Positions 21,501 through 31,902 of a DNA stretch of 64,000 nucleotides are shown in pieces. The position numbers were made by a program, and so were the translations under genes. Below the pieces are notes generated by a model that was not told the DNA's origin, made no database searches, and saw nothing but the letters and a program-made list of their open reading frames with translations. The stretch covers positions 1 to 64,000 of the forward strand of contig CAXXFK010000001.1 in assembly GCA_963663965.2 (NCBI GenBank). The letters run 5' to 3'. This stretch comes from Sedimentisphaerales bacterium. Lineage in GTDB: Bacteria; Planctomycetota; Phycisphaerae; Sedimentisphaerales; SM23-30. Numbering within the stretch: the stretch's first letter is position 1; each line of letters opens with the position of its first letter.

Positions 21501-23897
21501 GGCGCGAAAAGCTTGATGCCCCATCGCGCGATGGGAATGACCCGTATCCAGCTGAACCATGAACGCCGTATGATTCCCATCAAAATCCAGGCGCCGCTAA
21601 AGGTTAAACCTCAATCTGACATCAAGGTCAGCCTGGAAACAGCGCCCCCTCTCGATCCCAACCGGCCCGCTTGTATCCATTTCTGGGCGGTGGATGAAGG
21701 CATTCTTTTAACCAGTGGTTACCAGACTCCCGATCCATTCAAATTTTTTATGGCTCCACGCCAACCCGGGGTAGCGACTTCAGACAGCTTCTTCCGTTTG
21801 CTGCCGGATTATACCCGTCCCGAAGGAATGATGCGGATCGGAGCGGACAACGATCCGGACAGTTTCTACGATCCGTTACGCCGAAATCCCGTCGCTTCCA
21901 AAACCAGACAATCCGCGGTTGTCTTCACCCAGGCCCTGCCGGTCCAGCCGGATGGGATAACGTCAGTTAACTTTAAAGTGCCTGACTACATCGGACAACT
22001 TCGCCTGATGGCCATCGCAGTGGATCATGACCATTACGGCAGTTGCCGTCAGGATATGACCCTGACCCAGCCGCTGATCATGGAAACGTCCTGGCCCCGG
22101 TTTGCCGCGCCCGGTGATGAATTCGAAGTTCCGGTCAAACTATTCAATGACACGGACCGGGCGCTGGAATTAAACGTTAAAACGATTGTCGACGGCCCTC
22201 TGGAAATCGACCCGAACCGTTTTGCAGAATCGATCGCCGTCTCAACTGACACTCCCGCGACCTTGTGGCTAAAAGCCCGCGCCACGGCCCTGGGACCGGT
22301 TACCGTCAATATCGAGGCTTGCGAAACCGGGCCTGATGGCCGGGGAATTTCAGCCACCAACCAATCTCACTTTCCCATACGCGCTGGTTTGCCTTTGCAT
22401 ACGGAAGTTCTCATCGAGTCGATCAAGGCCGGCGATACGTTTGCGTTGGCCCCGTCTGACACGTTCATTACTGAAACGGTCCGGGCCCATGTCGCGCTCT
22501 CGGCCCGGCCGGATATCCAAATGACAGCGGCGCTGGAATCTTTGATCGATTACCCTTATGGCTGCGCCGAACAGACTGCCAGCCGGCTGCTGGCGCTTCT
22601 CTACGCGCCTTCCATTCTGGATATCGGCAGGGCGGAAGCCATTGGCAACATGATCACCGCCGGAATCAACCGGCTCTGGAGCATGCAAACCCTTTCTGGC
22701 GGCCTCAGTTACTGGCCCGGTTATGCTCATGCCAATCAGTGGGCCACGGCTTATGGCGCGTTTTGCCTGGCCGAAGCGCGTCTGGCCGGCCACCAGATCG
22801 ATTCCCGTTTTGTCGATGAACTCATCCAATATCTCGAAAACCAGCTGGCCAATTGTCAAACGGATCAGAATCCTGATTGGAACACCCTGGCGCTCTATTG
22901 CCGGGTTCTGGCCATATTTGAAAAACCGCCTCATGGCTGGATGAACCGGCTGGCCGAACGAAGCGATCAACTCGATATCGGGGGCCGGGCCAACCTGGCC
23001 GGAGCCTTTATCGCTGTCGGACGGAATGATCGCGCCCTGTCACTTTTACCGGTCGACTTGCCATCTGCCGGCGCGATTCCAAACGTCACGTCAGGTCGAA
23101 TCACCTCGCCGGCCCGGCAACTGGCGCTCTGGCTCTCAGTTCTGCTTGAACTGGATGCGGATCATCCCAATGTTCCAATCCTGGCCCGACATTTATACCA
23201 GACCCGGCAGAACGGATGCTGGGGCAACACGCTTGAAAATGCCACTGTCGTCCTGGCGCTGTCACGCTATCAGATTTTCACCACGGATACGCCACCGGAA
23301 TTTAACGGTTCACTGCAATTCCCCGATAAGAACAGCGTGCCATTCGATCAATCGGGTTTGGACTATAAGATTCAACCGGGGAACCTGCCGGCGACGCTGA
23401 CTTCACAGGGCAATGGAACCCTCTTTGCCTGTATCAGTTATGAAGGCCTGGCGCTGCCGGAAACCATCAAACCATACAACCGCCAGTTGACCGTCACTCG
23501 TCATTGGTTAAATCGCCAGGGAGCGACAATCGAACCGCAGAAGATCAGGGTGGGCGATCTGATTCAGGTCGAAATCTCTTTGCGATCCGATCTTGAAACC
23601 ATAGACAATATTGCTGTCATTGATGCCTTGCCGGCAGGATTGGAAATCGAAAACCCCCGCTTGATCACCTCTGCCGAATCTGACAGCCCGACCTCAGACA
23701 CCCCCGATCATATCGAATTTCTTGATGACCGGGCCATTATATTCTGTTCGGCGTCACGTACCTTACAGACCTTTCGATACAGTTTAAGGGCTGTCACAGT
23801 CGGGCAATTTGTATTGCCGGCCATTCAGGCATCCTGTATGTATAACCCCTCGGTCGCCTCTCTGGGGACGGCCGGTACCATGACTATTCACCAATGA
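18540..23897 (+). CDS. Bacterial alpha-2-macroglobulin (YfhM-like)
   Basis: ERGVYRPGE, AVDEGIL, thioester PYGCAEQ, WGNTLEN, DALPAGLEIEN; followed by pbpC. Confidence 0.93.
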   Translation: MSRLISKFWVLVGIFAIINISGILWIHHDLTRVAPRTILIKSATPLVNAENAKRFSLVFDRPLAHTNGNNILSADTLFKLEPDWPGQWVWADDNTLDYRFDKPLPSGRIFNVRPIINFKKTTGWVLAGDNEFEIKTSPLCLENCQLDSVDEEQVTLELTFSQLVGPADLVQSIRFTDDKTREHLDQVLCLTKTQDTRLVIQVQRPDSDTLKMELMAGLTGYQAQIPLEETICRTFTLEQGFSLLNSYASTPRLDQGVTVTLRFSHSLNSEQAIPHLQIEPRVENVALRRSSRYLRIDGKFIPGETYTITVPATLSDTNNRTLGKEQRTTVRIGDYHPELAFSWSQGILSPYGNLQTELQAVNIDQIEISAWKLLENNLVTHLHHNSSWYCDETSQLILNQTLSPRMPNNQPQKILLELDRLLGKPLGVYRISADLNNAPWNSCETVVTITDLAITAKTERDGMLVWVTSLRHGQPVADVTVSGLSYNNQLLAAAQTDVNGLARLQYVSNHPDGVPWVITARKDNDLAFLQPGDNQWLFDDVNQSGQEYPRNYEVMLYSERGVYRPGETIFLSGILRDRKGEIPTPFPLNLKVTRPDGRQLADIPVQPHSSGQGIYHVAYQTAISHQTGTYQFDVTLPSSEESLGTVSAQLEAFVPVRMEVNASTVKEIFGPDDCPEMDISARYLWDQPAAGLSLTLTGRLRQVNFHSNKYPDRQFGMPLSSQDILLPEITEQLAQDGKAHLKAPLPEQIMPGRYQTNLTATVSEPGGRSVSANIQCVLDRLNTHLGLRLPDGRLAQPQTPFTLDWIALNALEDSISVKSLDMEFSRIEYNTVLKEVNDRYVWRSEEILHTIESRQILCNASTGRLELTCPSIGRYRLDLRDPDSRSISRIEFYARSSDSSSVVRSMNQPERLDLITDRAQYAPGDEMDILIQSPVSGTMLMTLETDQIIVSKLETVPQNTARAKLKIPADLRGSAYLTASIVRPVDPGAKSLMPHRAMGMTRIQLNHERRMIPIKIQAPLKVKPQSDIKVSLETAPPLDPNRPACIHFWAVDEGILLTSGYQTPDPFKFFMAPRQPGVATSDSFFRLLPDYTRPEGMMRIGADNDPDSFYDPLRRNPVASKTRQSAVVFTQALPVQPDGITSVNFKVPDYIGQLRLMAIAVDHDHYGSCRQDMTLTQPLIMETSWPRFAAPGDEFEVPVKLFNDTDRALELNVKTIVDGPLEIDPNRFAESIAVSTDTPATLWLKARATALGPVTVNIEACETGPDGRGISATNQSHFPIRAGLPLHTEVLIESIKAGDTFALAPSDTFITETVRAHVALSARPDIQMTAALESLIDYPYGCAEQTASRLLALLYAPSILDIGRAEAIGNMITAGINRLWSMQTLSGGLSYWPGYAHANQWATAYGAFCLAEARLAGHQIDSRFVDELIQYLENQLANCQTDQNPDWNTLALYCRVLAIFEKPPHGWMNRLAERSDQLDIGGRANLAGAFIAVGRNDRALSLLPVDLPSAGAIPNVTSGRITSPARQLALWLSVLLELDADHPNVPILARHLYQTRQNGCWGNTLENATVVLALSRYQIFTTDTPPEFNGSLQFPDKNSVPFDQSGLDYKIQPGNLPATLTSQGNGTLFACISYEGLALPETIKPYNRQLTVTRHWLNRQGATIEPQKIRVGDLIQVEISLRSDLETIDNIAVIDALPAGLEIENPRLITSAESDSPTSDTPDHIEFLDDRAIIFCSASRTLQTFRYSLRAVTVGQFVLPAIQASCMYNPSVASLGTAGTMTIHQ

Positions 23898-25942
23898 AAC
23901 AACCGAAACGAATAAAGAAAATTCTCAAACGCGTGCTCTGGTTAACCACCGGCCTGACGATCGGGCTCCTGGCGTTATTGATTATGCTGTGGCAGTCATT
24001 TCCATTTCCACTGGATCGACTGGAAAACTGGCCGGTCAATCCCTGTGTAACCGATCATGGCGATATTCCTTATTTCAGTATTGTTGGATCCGATCAACAA
24101 TGGCGTCAACCCATCGGACTGGATGAGATGGGAGACTGGCTGGTACAAGCCTCGATCGCAATCGAAGATAAACGCTTTTACCGCCATAACGGGGTCGATG
24201 CGTTGGCGATCATGCGGGCTGTCACCCAAAACCTGGCTCACCGGAAAATCGTCTCGGGTGCCAGTACCCTCACCATGCAGGTTTGTCGCATGATGGATGA
24301 TCGTCCTCGCACGATATCGGCCAAGGCGATTGAAGCGTTTCGCGCCTTGCAACTCGAAAAACTCAAGACCAAAAATGAAATTCTCGAAATCTACCTCAAT
24401 ATCGCCCCTTATGGTGGCAACCTGCGCGGAGTGGCCAGTGCGGCTATGGCCTGGTTCGGCAAACACCCGCGCGATTTATCTCTGGCCGAATCGGCGTTCC
24501 TGGCCGGTCTGCCGCAAGCGCCCAGCCGCTACTATCCCGGACGCAACTTGAAACGGGCCATCCAGAGACAGCAGGAAGTCTTGTATCAGATGCGTCGTCA
24601 GGGCTTGATTACCGATCGACAATGGCAACAGGCATTGCTCGAGCCCATCGAATTAAATCCGGCGACCCGCCAGAGTCAGGCCATTCACGCTGCCTGGATG
24701 GCGCTGGGCCGTCAACCGCAGGGCGGCCAGACCACTATTGATCTGGAGATCCAGAAACAAACGCAACGATTGACTGATCGGCATCTGGAAACATTACCCC
24801 CAGGATCGGAACTGGCGGTAGTGATTATTGATATTGAGAACTCCTCGATCGTTGCGTTGATTGGCTCTGGCGATCCCGGGGATCCGGTCGACGGCCAGGT
24901 CAATGGCGCCCTGGCCAGGCGCAGTCCGGGATCGACACTCAAGCCGTTTATTTATGCGACCGCCATGGCGGCCGGTCGCCTGAACCGTGAATCCATCGTT
25001 TTTGATATTCCGATTCAACGGGCCGGCTGGTCCCCGGATAATTTCGACCATACCTTTGCCGGGCCGGTTTCTGTCTCTGACGCGCTCCGACGTTCTCTGA
25101 ATATTCCTGCCATTCTGGTTGCCGAAAGCATCGGCCTGGCTCGCTGTTGCGGAACCATTGAGTCGGTGGGCATTCCATTGCCGGCAAACCCGCTAAACCG
25201 CGGCGGGCTTGCCCTGGCTGTTGGTGGTATTGAAGTATCCCTGCTCGACCTGACCAATGCTTATGCGACCCTGGGACGCTATGGATACCGGTCGCCCCCG
25301 AGATTGTTTGTTGCGGATCCTACAGAGTCAACCAAAGTGCTTGACCGGCAGGTCTGCATGGCGATCAATCACATACTCAGTTCGCCATTGCGATTACCTG
25401 ACAGTCTCGCACCGCACCCTCAAGACGACACCTCCTGGTTTATGTGGAAAACCGGCACCAGTAGCGGCCGGCTCGATGCCTGGGCGATTGGCCACAACTG
25501 CCGCTATGCGATTGGCATCTGGGTGGGGCGTTTTCGCGGCACCGGCCGGGTAGACTATGTGGGCAGTCAGTCTGCGGAACCCTTATTAATCCAACTCTTC
25601 CAGCTGCCCTGGTTACGAAATCATACTCCCCAACCCGAGCCTCCCTGCCTGATGGTAACGCAACCGCTACCCGATCCCATCGAACTGGCCCGGGATCAGT
25701 TGCGTATTCTCCAACCGGCGGATAATGAACGCTATATCGCTCTCAATGGCAAAGCCATCATCCGCCCCGCGGCGAACCAGACCGAATCGTTAACCTGGTT
25801 CCTGAATGGCCGGGCGCTCACGTCATCACAAATCAACTTGCTGGAACTGACTCCCGGCCATTATGAATTACTCTGTATTGGAAAATCCAATCTGTCCAGT
25901 CAGGTTCGCTTTATGGTTCAGTCGGAAGCTTCGATCCAATAG
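23894..25942 (+). CDS. pbpC: Penicillin-binding protein 1C
   Basis: EDKRF and GASTLTMQ (transglycosylase); STLK, SLN, KTG (transpeptidase); C-terminal PBP1C domain; ATGA overlap with the A2M gene. Confidence 0.92.
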   Translation: MKQPKRIKKILKRVLWLTTGLTIGLLALLIMLWQSFPFPLDRLENWPVNPCVTDHGDIPYFSIVGSDQQWRQPIGLDEMGDWLVQASIAIEDKRFYRHNGVDALAIMRAVTQNLAHRKIVSGASTLTMQVCRMMDDRPRTISAKAIEAFRALQLEKLKTKNEILEIYLNIAPYGGNLRGVASAAMAWFGKHPRDLSLAESAFLAGLPQAPSRYYPGRNLKRAIQRQQEVLYQMRRQGLITDRQWQQALLEPIELNPATRQSQAIHAAWMALGRQPQGGQTTIDLEIQKQTQRLTDRHLETLPPGSELAVVIIDIENSSIVALIGSGDPGDPVDGQVNGALARRSPGSTLKPFIYATAMAAGRLNRESIVFDIPIQRAGWSPDNFDHTFAGPVSVSDALRRSLNIPAILVAESIGLARCCGTIESVGIPLPANPLNRGGLALAVGGIEVSLLDLTNAYATLGRYGYRSPPRLFVADPTESTKVLDRQVCMAINHILSSPLRLPDSLAPHPQDDTSWFMWKTGTSSGRLDAWAIGHNCRYAIGIWVGRFRGTGRVDYVGSQSAEPLLIQLFQLPWLRNHTPQPEPPCLMVTQPLPDPIELARDQLRILQPADNERYIALNGKAIIRPAANQTESLTWFLNGRALTSSQINLLELTPGHYELLCIGKSNLSSQVRFMVQSEASIQ

Positions 25943-27131
25943 CCTCGCCCGCGCAATTGCCGCTGGCCCACGCCCAGTGCAGATTATAACCGCCCAATTG
26001 CCCGGCCACATCCACTACTTCACCCACGAAATACAGTCCCGGCACATTCTTACAGCCCATGGTACGCGATGATAACTCCGCCACGCTGACCCCGCCCAAA
26101 GTCGTCTCCGCTTTACTGAATTCCTCGATCCCCGCCGGGATAAACCGCCAGCGATTAAAAACGTCACCCGCCCGTTCCATTTCCCCTCGTGAATAATTCG
26201 GCAGTGTCTTCATCGGTAAATAGCGTTGTTCCCACAACCGGACAAATCGCGCCGGCAACAGCCCTTCCATAACTTTGGCTACTGATTTGCTGCCTGCGCC
26301 TCCCCGCGCCTCCCGCAACAGATCAGCTACTGAATGCCCCGGCAGCCAGTCAATTACAATCTCCTCACCAGGCTGCCAGACACACGATATCTGCAAAATC
26401 GCCGGCCCGCTCAAACCACGATGGGTAAACAGCGTCTCTTCCGTAAAACTCACCCGGCCGCATCTCACCGTCGTCAATCCCGATGCCCCGCTCAGCGCTT
26501 CCATTTCACCCAAATCGTCAGATCCATACAACAACGGCGCCAATCCCGGCTTCGGTTCAATAATCTCCAATCCAAATTGTCTGGCAATCTCATAGCCCAG
26601 TGTCGTCCCGCCCCCCTGCGGCCAGGCAGCGCCTCCCAACGCGACCACCACAGCGTCAGAATGATACTCCCCTTCACTGGTTGTCACCACATATCTTCCT
26701 TCTTCCGCCCCGACAGAACGGACCGTACAGGAATATCGAAACGCTACTCCCGCCGCCCGGCAATCATCCTGCAATCCATTCACTATCTGACCGGCGCTAT
26801 GACAGCAAAACAACCGGCCATGATCCCGCTCTTCCCACTCGATGCCCTTGGACTCCAGCCATTCCACCATATCCACCGGCTGCCATCTCGCCAGCGCCGA
26901 CTTCACAAAATGAGGATTCGCGCAATAAAAATGCTTCGCCTGACAATCCCGATTCGTAAAGTTACACCGCCCGCCACCCGCGATCCAGATCTTACCTCCC
27001 ACCCGGTTCGACTTCTCCAATACCAGCACCTTCCGCCCCCTCATCCCCGCCACCCGGGCACACATCAATCCCGCCGCACCGCCTCCTACGATAATCGCAT
27101 CATACTTCATTGGTTTTTCATTACTCAACAT
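25911..27131 (-). CDS. HI0933/YhiN family flavoprotein
   Basis: GGGAAG, GGGRCNFTN, LFTHRGLSGPAIL, GGYNLHWAWASG. Confidence 0.9.
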   Translation of the reverse strand: MLSNEKPMKYDAIIVGGGAAGLMCARVAGMRGRKVLVLEKSNRVGGKIWIAGGGRCNFTNRDCQAKHFYCANPHFVKSALARWQPVDMVEWLESKGIEWEERDHGRLFCCHSAGQIVNGLQDDCRAAGVAFRYSCTVRSVGAEEGRYVVTTSEGEYHSDAVVVALGGAAWPQGGGTTLGYEIARQFGLEIIEPKPGLAPLLYGSDDLGEMEALSGASGLTTVRCGRVSFTEETLFTHRGLSGPAILQISCVWQPGEEIVIDWLPGHSVADLLREARGGAGSKSVAKVMEGLLPARFVRLWEQRYLPMKTLPNYSRGEMERAGDVFNRWRFIPAGIEEFSKAETTLGGVSVAELSSRTMGCKNVPGLYFVGEVVDVAGQLGGYNLHWAWASGNCAGEAIGSKLPTEP

Positions 27132-27321
27132 AGTGCCTCATTATCTGGCCCTCACCGCATTAAAATCAAGCAAATTCCAACCTATCTTATTCTAAATAAA
27201 ATACTTACAACTTGCCTCACCCACCCAATAATCTATTATACACAGTGTTTATTATTTTGTTGACAACATCTCCCGGTATATTTTTTATTCCCTAACCTCT
27301 TTTCCAACCGATAGATAAGGC

Positions 27322-27975
27322 ATGCCACCCGCTAAATACTGCCATAAACGTCTGCTCCAGCAGCTATCCGACCAGGCCGTACTCAGCCTGCCCTATCACG
27401 GCAGAGTCGTTGACCTCGGCTGCGGTTCCGCCCCCTACAAACAGCATATCCTCAAAACCGCCGCCGAATACATCGGCCTGGACTGGCAGAACACCCAGCA
27501 TGACCAGACCCAGGTTGACATCGTCGCCGACCTCACCCAGCCCCTGCCTCTTTCCAGTGAATATGCCGATATCGTCACCGCCTTCCAGGTCCTCGAACAT
27601 CTGCCCGAACCCTCATCGTTCCTGGCCGAATGCCACCGCATTCTCAAACCCAACGGCAAACTCTACCTTACCACCCCCTTCATGCATAAAATCCATGAAG
27701 CCCCTCACGATTATTACCGCTTCACGCCCCATGGCCTGGAATATCTCCTCAATAAAAACGGATTCACCAACATCCAGACCAAACCCTACACCGGCTTCTG
27801 GCAGATGATGACCACTAAATTCAATTATTGGTCCGCCCAATGCACACCACGCTGGTGTCGCTTCTTCTGGTACGTAGTCTGGGCTATCAACCAGCCTCTG
27901 GCAACCTGGCTCGATCGTTTCACCCACTACCCCGATGAGACCAGCGCCTATCTCACCACCGCTCAGAAAGCCTGA
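27322..27975 (+). CDS. Class I SAM-dependent methyltransferase
   Basis: VDLGCGSAPY, VLEHL, LKPNG, HEAPHDYYRFT (type seen in polysaccharide loci). Confidence 0.88.
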   Translation: MPPAKYCHKRLLQQLSDQAVLSLPYHGRVVDLGCGSAPYKQHILKTAAEYIGLDWQNTQHDQTQVDIVADLTQPLPLSSEYADIVTAFQVLEHLPEPSSFLAECHRILKPNGKLYLTTPFMHKIHEAPHDYYRFTPHGLEYLLNKNGFTNIQTKPYTGFWQMMTTKFNYWSAQCTPRWCRFFWYVVWAINQPLATWLDRFTHYPDETSAYLTTAQKA

Positions 27976-29156
27976 TTCGACCGGTGCAATTCCAGCAGAA
28001 ATACTTCCAGCTTCGCGATCTGATCGGGGGTATTATAATGTGCTTCAATCCGCCGCCGCCCCGCCAGTCCCAGCCCCTTGCGCAATTCCGGGTCCCTGAT
28101 CAGCCGTGTCATGCGTTCCGCCATCGCCGCCACATCCCTCTGACGTACCAAAAATCCCGTCTCACCATCTACTACCTGATCGATCAAACCCGGCGAGTCC
28201 GAACAGACCACTGGCAACCCGCAGCTGGACGCCTCCGCCAACGAGACCCCAAATCCTTCGCTGCTGCCGTTTGACGCAATGATGGAATGTTGCAGTAGGA
28301 TATCCGATTCCACCAGCATTTTTTTCACCCGTTCCGGCGGCAATGCGCCATGAAACCGGACCCGGTCCCCCAGACCCAACCCTTCCGCCAGTTGTTCCAG
28401 CGTCACCCGCAGCGGCCCCTCACCTACCACATCCAGATGGACTTTCACTCCCAGATCAACCACCTGCGCGAAGGCCCGGATCGAATATTCCACCCCCTTC
28501 ATCTCCACCAGCCGCGATAAGGTAATAAATCGCAACGCTTCATCCTCACGACTGGCGTTATAATCCTTGACCGGATACTCTCCCACCGGCGCGCCACAAG
28601 GGATATATCGAATCCTGTCCGATCCCACTCCCCGTTCTTCCAGCCACCGTTGATGATGCCGGCCTACAACGACAAAGCCGGCAATTTTCGGCAAAGACGC
28701 CTTCAGGCTCCGGCGATAAAACAATCCCCGGATCAATGCCGACAAATCCCAGCCATGAATATAGATTGCCAATGGAATGCGATATTTTCTGGCGACCGGC
28801 AATACCCGCAGTCCGGTAAAGGCAAACTGCGTCAAAATGACATCCGGCTGAAACCGTTTTACCACCGCTTCAATTGCGCGACATTCCGCACCAAAAGCCG
28901 CCTGCGTATTTCGACCCCATAGCCCACGCACCACCGCTCCAAACTTCTCCGAACTATTCTCCGGCATTTTACAGAATCCCTCTACCACCTCCACTGGAAT
29001 GTCGCCCGTCCCGAACACATCCCGATTATAATACCCACCCGTCAATACCCGCACGTCAAAATGGCGAAAGCCGATCGCCTGCCGCCACATCCAGACATCC
29101 GGCGTCAAACCCAGGTAAGGGCAACAGAATAACAGCTTGGGAACAGCATCACTCAT
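27963..29156 (-). CDS. Glycosyltransferase family 4
   Basis: RLVEMKG, EGFGVSLAEASSCGLPVV (EX7E), DGETGFLV. Confidence 0.9.
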   Translation of the reverse strand: MSDAVPKLLFCCPYLGLTPDVWMWRQAIGFRHFDVRVLTGGYYNRDVFGTGDIPVEVVEGFCKMPENSSEKFGAVVRGLWGRNTQAAFGAECRAIEAVVKRFQPDVILTQFAFTGLRVLPVARKYRIPLAIYIHGWDLSALIRGLFYRRSLKASLPKIAGFVVVGRHHQRWLEERGVGSDRIRYIPCGAPVGEYPVKDYNASREDEALRFITLSRLVEMKGVEYSIRAFAQVVDLGVKVHLDVVGEGPLRVTLEQLAEGLGLGDRVRFHGALPPERVKKMLVESDILLQHSIIASNGSSEGFGVSLAEASSCGLPVVCSDSPGLIDQVVDGETGFLVRQRDVAAMAERMTRLIRDPELRKGLGLAGRRRIEAHYNTPDQIAKLEVFLLELHRSNQAF

Positions 29157-29941
29157 TAATCGCCACCCAGCAAACCGCCCAGTAAATTGCCGCCGATCCC
29201 CCGGCTCTCACCGGTGGATCGATTGGTCGCCCGCGAAATCCGGTCCGCCAGGCGCGAAAACGGCAAGGTCTGCAAATAAACCTTTCCCGGCCCGGTCAAC
29301 AGCGCCAGAAATAACCCTTCTCCGCCAAATAGCGCGTTCTTGAATCCCCCCACAAACCTGATATCATAATCTACTGAAGGCGAAAACGCCACCAGACACC
29401 CGGTATCCACCCGCAACTGCTCGCCCGGCTTCAGATCGCGTTCGATGATCGTCCCGCCCGCATGGATAAACGCCATCCCATCGCCGCTCAGTCGCTGTAA
29501 AATAAAGCCTTCTCCACCAAAAAATCCTGCGCCCAGTCTCTTGGTAAAGGCAATATCAATATCGACACCCTCTGCCGCGCACAGAAAACCATCTTTCTGA
29601 CACAAAAACTCTCCACCCAGTTGCCCCAGGTGTAATGGGACAATCTTACCCGGATAGGGCGCCGCAAACATCACGTGCAACTTACCCTGGCTCCCGGCAT
29701 GCATAAACGTCGTGATAAAAAAGTTCTCCCCGGTCAGCATCCGTTTGAATCCTTTAAAGATCCCGCCCCCGGTATGCGTCTGCATTTCGATCCCCGACTC
29801 CATATACAGCATCGCCCCAACCTCGGCCCGTACCCCCTCGCCCGGATCAAGCTCCACCTCTACCGCCTGCATATCATCGCCAAATATCCGATAATCGATT
29901 ACATCTGCTGATTTCATATTGTTCTCCGGTTTCTGACTCAT
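29156..29941 (-). CDS. TIGR00266/AIM24 family protein
   Basis: [42 protein letters not shown]. Confidence 0.9.
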   Translation of the reverse strand: MSQKPENNMKSADVIDYRIFGDDMQAVEVELDPGEGVRAEVGAMLYMESGIEMQTHTGGGIFKGFKRMLTGENFFITTFMHAGSQGKLHVMFAAPYPGKIVPLHLGQLGGEFLCQKDGFLCAAEGVDIDIAFTKRLGAGFFGGEGFILQRLSGDGMAFIHAGGTIIERDLKPGEQLRVDTGCLVAFSPSVDYDIRFVGGFKNALFGGEGLFLALLTGPGKVYLQTLPFSRLADRISRATNRSTGESRGIGGNLLGGLLGGD

Positions 29942-30132
29942 TCATTATTCACGCGATACTAACCGATCCAGGAAATGATTACAATCGAAAATGAAGACAA
30001 ATTGCAGAATGCAATCAGCATATAACCCGGAATGTTCTTAGACATGCTCCAATCGCACTGGTATTAACAAAACGCCAAAAATTATCTCACGGCAAACCGG
30101 ATAAAAAACTTAAGGGTACCAATATTTTTTAA

Positions 30133-31902
30133 TCAATTCTCGCCGGTATCTTTATTGAAACGGTAATTAAACCGCCGGTTGGGTGCGCTATCGCCATTTA
30201 TCCCAAATTCAACGATATCATACGGTTTCTGAATATTGTCCGCCCAGTGAAAATCAAACGCGATTCGATCTCCGGCCTGCCCAATCAGCGCCCGTGGCAC
30301 TGCCAGTTCCATTTGATTGCCCGCAACACGATAATTCAAATACGACTTGAATTCCCATTTACCCTGGTCATTCAGCGCTTCCAGACTCGTCCGTGATGAT
30401 TGTGGATGACCGTTGATACGATAATCATATCCCTCCCAGCCCGTTTGATAATCCTGATCGGCATTGAGGGTTAATTCCATCCAGTGGGGACCATCACTAG
30501 CGGTAATCGGATCGACCGTTTCAACATAGAAATAAATCATCGTTGGATCGTAAGCGGCCTTGCACAATACCAGATCATTGCGGCCGGTTGTATTGCGATA
30601 GTGCAGCGTGCTGTTCCAACCGGGTTCATCTCGATGTTCGGTATCCCCCTGGGTATCATAATAAGTCAGCGCCACATCATTCCAATCGCTAAACACGCCA
30701 TCGACCAGGATGGCATGCGCTTTGTCTGCCTCTGGCAACGGTCGAACCCCCTTATAACGCCGAATGCCGGCGATCATCTGATAATAATAATGATCTCCAT
30801 GCCCGCCCTTCATCGGCTCAATATCACGACTGTATTCCTGATTGTACTGATCCACAAACCAGGTCTCGCCTGATTGCGTGCGATGCCCCAGAAAATTCGG
30901 ACAACCGTCCTGACCACAGATAAACCGCTGCGCGACCCACTCATTCCATCCTGTCACAAAAACAAACTCCGGATCGATCTCCAGCGCGCGGCGCCATTGC
31001 TCCGCGAAACACAACCCTTGCCCCTCTGTTCCGCTGAGATGATACTGATTATAAGGCGGCTGCTTCCCATCATGAAAACTGCGCCCGATGTTAGTGGTCG
31101 CATGCTGGGCCGCTGCCACCGAAACCTCCTCCGGAATATCCGATGATTCGTGCCAGCCATATTTTTGCGGGCAGGAATCGACCCAGTTCCAGATATCCTT
31201 CCCACCCGTCCAGGCCCAGCAATAACGCATGGTAAAAAAATCCCGCACCTCCTGACTGTGTTCTTGATCGTCTTCAGTCATCTTCGCCATAATCAGCGGC
31301 TTGCCTTTCCACCGAAACCACAGATCCGGATAAAGGGTCTTACTGTAAAATTGATCGTACAGATTTTTTACTGTCTGGATCGATCGGGAATTGGCCATAA
31401 AGCACAATTGGGGCGTATGCCCGCCACGGGCCCGGATATCTGTAAAAATCTTGCAGATCTTCAAATAGACCTTTTCATAGGTCACCGCGTTGGTTACATC
31501 AAAAATCAATACATCCACACCCGCGTCATTCAACATCGACACATGACGCCGGATCACATACGCATCATCGGAAACATAATACCCCAGTTCCGACTCGCCC
31601 CAGTGATGGAAATGCTGTCGCGGACCAAATGCCGGATTCTCAGGATTCTCCGCCAGCAGTTTGGTAATATCCCAGGGCCCGGTGGTACTATGCTGACCTA
31701 GCCAGATAAAATAAAAAATTCCGACAGTCCGGTCAGACTTCGGCGGCCCACATTCATCGTAACCAGGCAGCGAACGCCCCAGATCATCAACCGCCACCCA
31801 GGTATCACTATATAAATCTCTGGCATCAACCCCGCTAACCACCGGCGCCAAAATCACCCATATAATACTACATATTATTTTCATTCCCATCTTGTCTGAC
31901 AT
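30133..31902 (-). CDS. Secreted putative glycoside hydrolase (GH71/GH99-like TIM barrel plus C-terminal beta domain)
   Basis: Signal peptide; VGIFYFIW, LGYY, AGVDVLIFD, TGWNEW, DIEP. Confidence 0.6.
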   Translation of the reverse strand: MSDKMGMKIICSIIWVILAPVVSGVDARDLYSDTWVAVDDLGRSLPGYDECGPPKSDRTVGIFYFIWLGQHSTTGPWDITKLLAENPENPAFGPRQHFHHWGESELGYYVSDDAYVIRRHVSMLNDAGVDVLIFDVTNAVTYEKVYLKICKIFTDIRARGGHTPQLCFMANSRSIQTVKNLYDQFYSKTLYPDLWFRWKGKPLIMAKMTEDDQEHSQEVRDFFTMRYCWAWTGGKDIWNWVDSCPQKYGWHESSDIPEEVSVAAAQHATTNIGRSFHDGKQPPYNQYHLSGTEGQGLCFAEQWRRALEIDPEFVFVTGWNEWVAQRFICGQDGCPNFLGHRTQSGETWFVDQYNQEYSRDIEPMKGGHGDHYYYQMIAGIRRYKGVRPLPEADKAHAILVDGVFSDWNDVALTYYDTQGDTEHRDEPGWNSTLHYRNTTGRNDLVLCKAAYDPTMIYFYVETVDPITASDGPHWMELTLNADQDYQTGWEGYDYRINGHPQSSRTSLEALNDQGKWEFKSYLNYRVAGNQMELAVPRALIGQAGDRIAFDFHWADNIQKPYDIVEFGINGDSAPNRRFNYRFNKDTGEN

